From Candidatus Omnitrophota bacterium (GTDB taxonomy: Bacteria; Omnitrophota; Gorgyraeia; Zapsychrales; JAHFGK01), in assembly GCA_023247475.1 (NCBI GenBank), contig JAHFGK010000002.1, forward strand, positions 1-41,894: a stretch of 41,894 nt of DNA, given 5' to 3'. The notes under the pieces are model-generated. The model searched no databases. It saw only the letters and a list, made by a program, of their open reading frames with translations, and had not been told where the DNA came from. A program made the position numbers and the translations under genes. How positions within the stretch are numbered: position 1 is the stretch's first letter; the number at the start of each line of letters is the position of its first letter. Of this stretch, positions 40,835 through 41,894 are shown piece after piece.

Positions 40835-41894
40835 GAAATCTTAGCTCCTGGCATTTTAAGAGACACAACTGTTCTAAAGAACAAATATCTTTCTAAAAAT
40901 TCCCCACTCAAAGATAAAAGGAAAATTGTAAAGGACATCCCTAAGATCCCTACTGATCCCATGCTTTTATATCCATCCGAAAACAAAAGAGGGAGTAAAA
41001 TCCCTCCGATCACCCCACAGACAAAACGCCAAAATGTTATCCATCCAAACGGTCCTCTCATCAAAAACACCGTTTTTTTAAGAGAAGTAAGTTTGCGATC
41101 ACCAAGATGAAGAAAAATACTCGCTTCAACAAACAACTTAACGGTTGTCAAAGCAACTAAGACGGCATAATAGGTACTGCCCAAGGATTGCATAATAAAA
41201 GACATCGTCATGGGAGTGTATGTCTTGGAAAAAATCATGGTGGTCAGAAGTATGCTTGAGATTCCCAAAATGCCCGTGGTTAAAAAGAATTTCATCGTTG
41301 TCATAGGATTGTCCCAGAAAGGTCGATGTGTCACCTTGTAAACCATAACAGAACAAAAGACCCCTAACGCTCCCACCGCCGCCGTTGATACGGCTAAAGC
41401 ATCCATCACTGGATAGGAAAAAAGTTTTACCCCCATAAGACCTTGAGGTGAATTGAACCAATAACTCATGGCATAGATTGTGGCCAAAAAGGCAAAGATA
41501 CCAAATGCGATGATCTCTCGACTCAACCAAGATTTTTTTAATCCGATCACCACACGGAAAGCATAAAGTGGTCGGCCTAAGTGGAATATACTCACAACCA
41601 AAGCCAGAAGACCGACACCCAACGCCATCAAAACATGATAGGGTGTTAAGGCATCTCTAAACTGGGAAGGTAAATCATTTTTTAAAAATAAAATTGCAAA
41701 AAAAGCACCCACCGAAAGCTGAGTGAGAACCAGCATCGCAATTAAAGGCATATGCGAATGTTCGGGCTTAATGGAATAAAAATCGACAGATTCCATATTC
41801 TCAGGGAAATCTCTCTTGGTGATATAACGCGTGGTCGGAAAAGTATAATAAGAATTCGGTGCATCCGGAATTTTGACATACTCCGTTGGATTTT
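40831..41894 (-). CDS. DmsC/YnfH-family molybdoenzyme membrane anchor (5' end possibly outside the window)
   Basis: About 8 TM helices with 'HLGRPLYAF...SWLSREI' and C-terminal 'ERYLFF'. The first ATG is at 41796, but the frame stays open for 32 more codons ([32 protein letters not shown]) to the window edge. Confidence 0.7.
   Translation of the reverse strand, partial: NPTEYVKIPDAPNSYYTFPTTRYITKRDFPENMESVDFYSIKPEHSHMPLIAMLVLTQLSVGAFFAILFLKNDLPSQFRDALTPYHVLMALGVGLLALVVSIFHLGRPLYAFRVVIGLKKSWLSREIIAFGIFAFLATIYAMSYWFNSPQGLMGVKLFSYPVMDALAVSTAAVGALGVFCSVMVYKVTHRPFWDNPMTTMKFFLTTGILGISSILLTTMIFSKTYTPMTMSFIMQSLGSTYYAVLVALTTVKLFVEASIFLHLGDRKLTSLKKTVFLMRGPFGWITFWRFVCGVIGGILLPLLFSDGYKSMGSVGILGMSFTIFLLSLSGEFLERYLFFRTVVSLKMPGAKIS

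Overview
A 41.9-kb, moderately AT-rich bacterial chromosomal segment. It looks diderm-like because it encodes Lnt and lipobox lipoproteins. I cannot assign a lineage from sequence alone. I support about 34 protein-coding genes and one tRNA. Everything from about 4.0 kb to the right edge is on the minus strand except one PilZ gene. The left end (+ strand) carries a FIST sensor, a GAF histidine kinase and a REC/GGDEF-like response regulator. The rest is mostly core metabolism, with a marked concentration of nitrogen and glutamine genes: pyrG, purF, carB and carA (split by an unknown membrane ORF), gltB, gltD, nadE, a class-I glutamine amidotransferase, glnA, a PII protein and amtB. Next comes a GAF-GAF-ANTAR regulator, a MOSC protein, a NasA/NarB-like molybdoenzyme and a DmsC-like membrane anchor that runs off the window. 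A lnt-orf-glpK-glpD-IMPase block, a class-V aminotransferase, a TIM-barrel isomerase, rpe and tRNA-Leu(GAG) fill the remainder. I found no CRISPR array, transposase, integrase, phage gene or recognisable defence gene. The best candidate for something undescribed is regulatory. The roughly 360-nt amtB leader, just downstream of the ANTAR gene, carries a near-consensus promoter, three tandem intrinsic terminators and four copies of a GGGC-N6-GYCC hexaloop mini-hairpin. Two of those mini-hairpins overlap terminator 5' arms. Secondary candidates are the signal-less NasA-like enzyme translationally coupled to a DmsC-type anchor, a GC-rich structured intergenic element with a + strand terminator in an all-minus region, and a duplicated tRNA-Leu 5' fragment. 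All domain calls come from motif recognition by eye. No searches were run.
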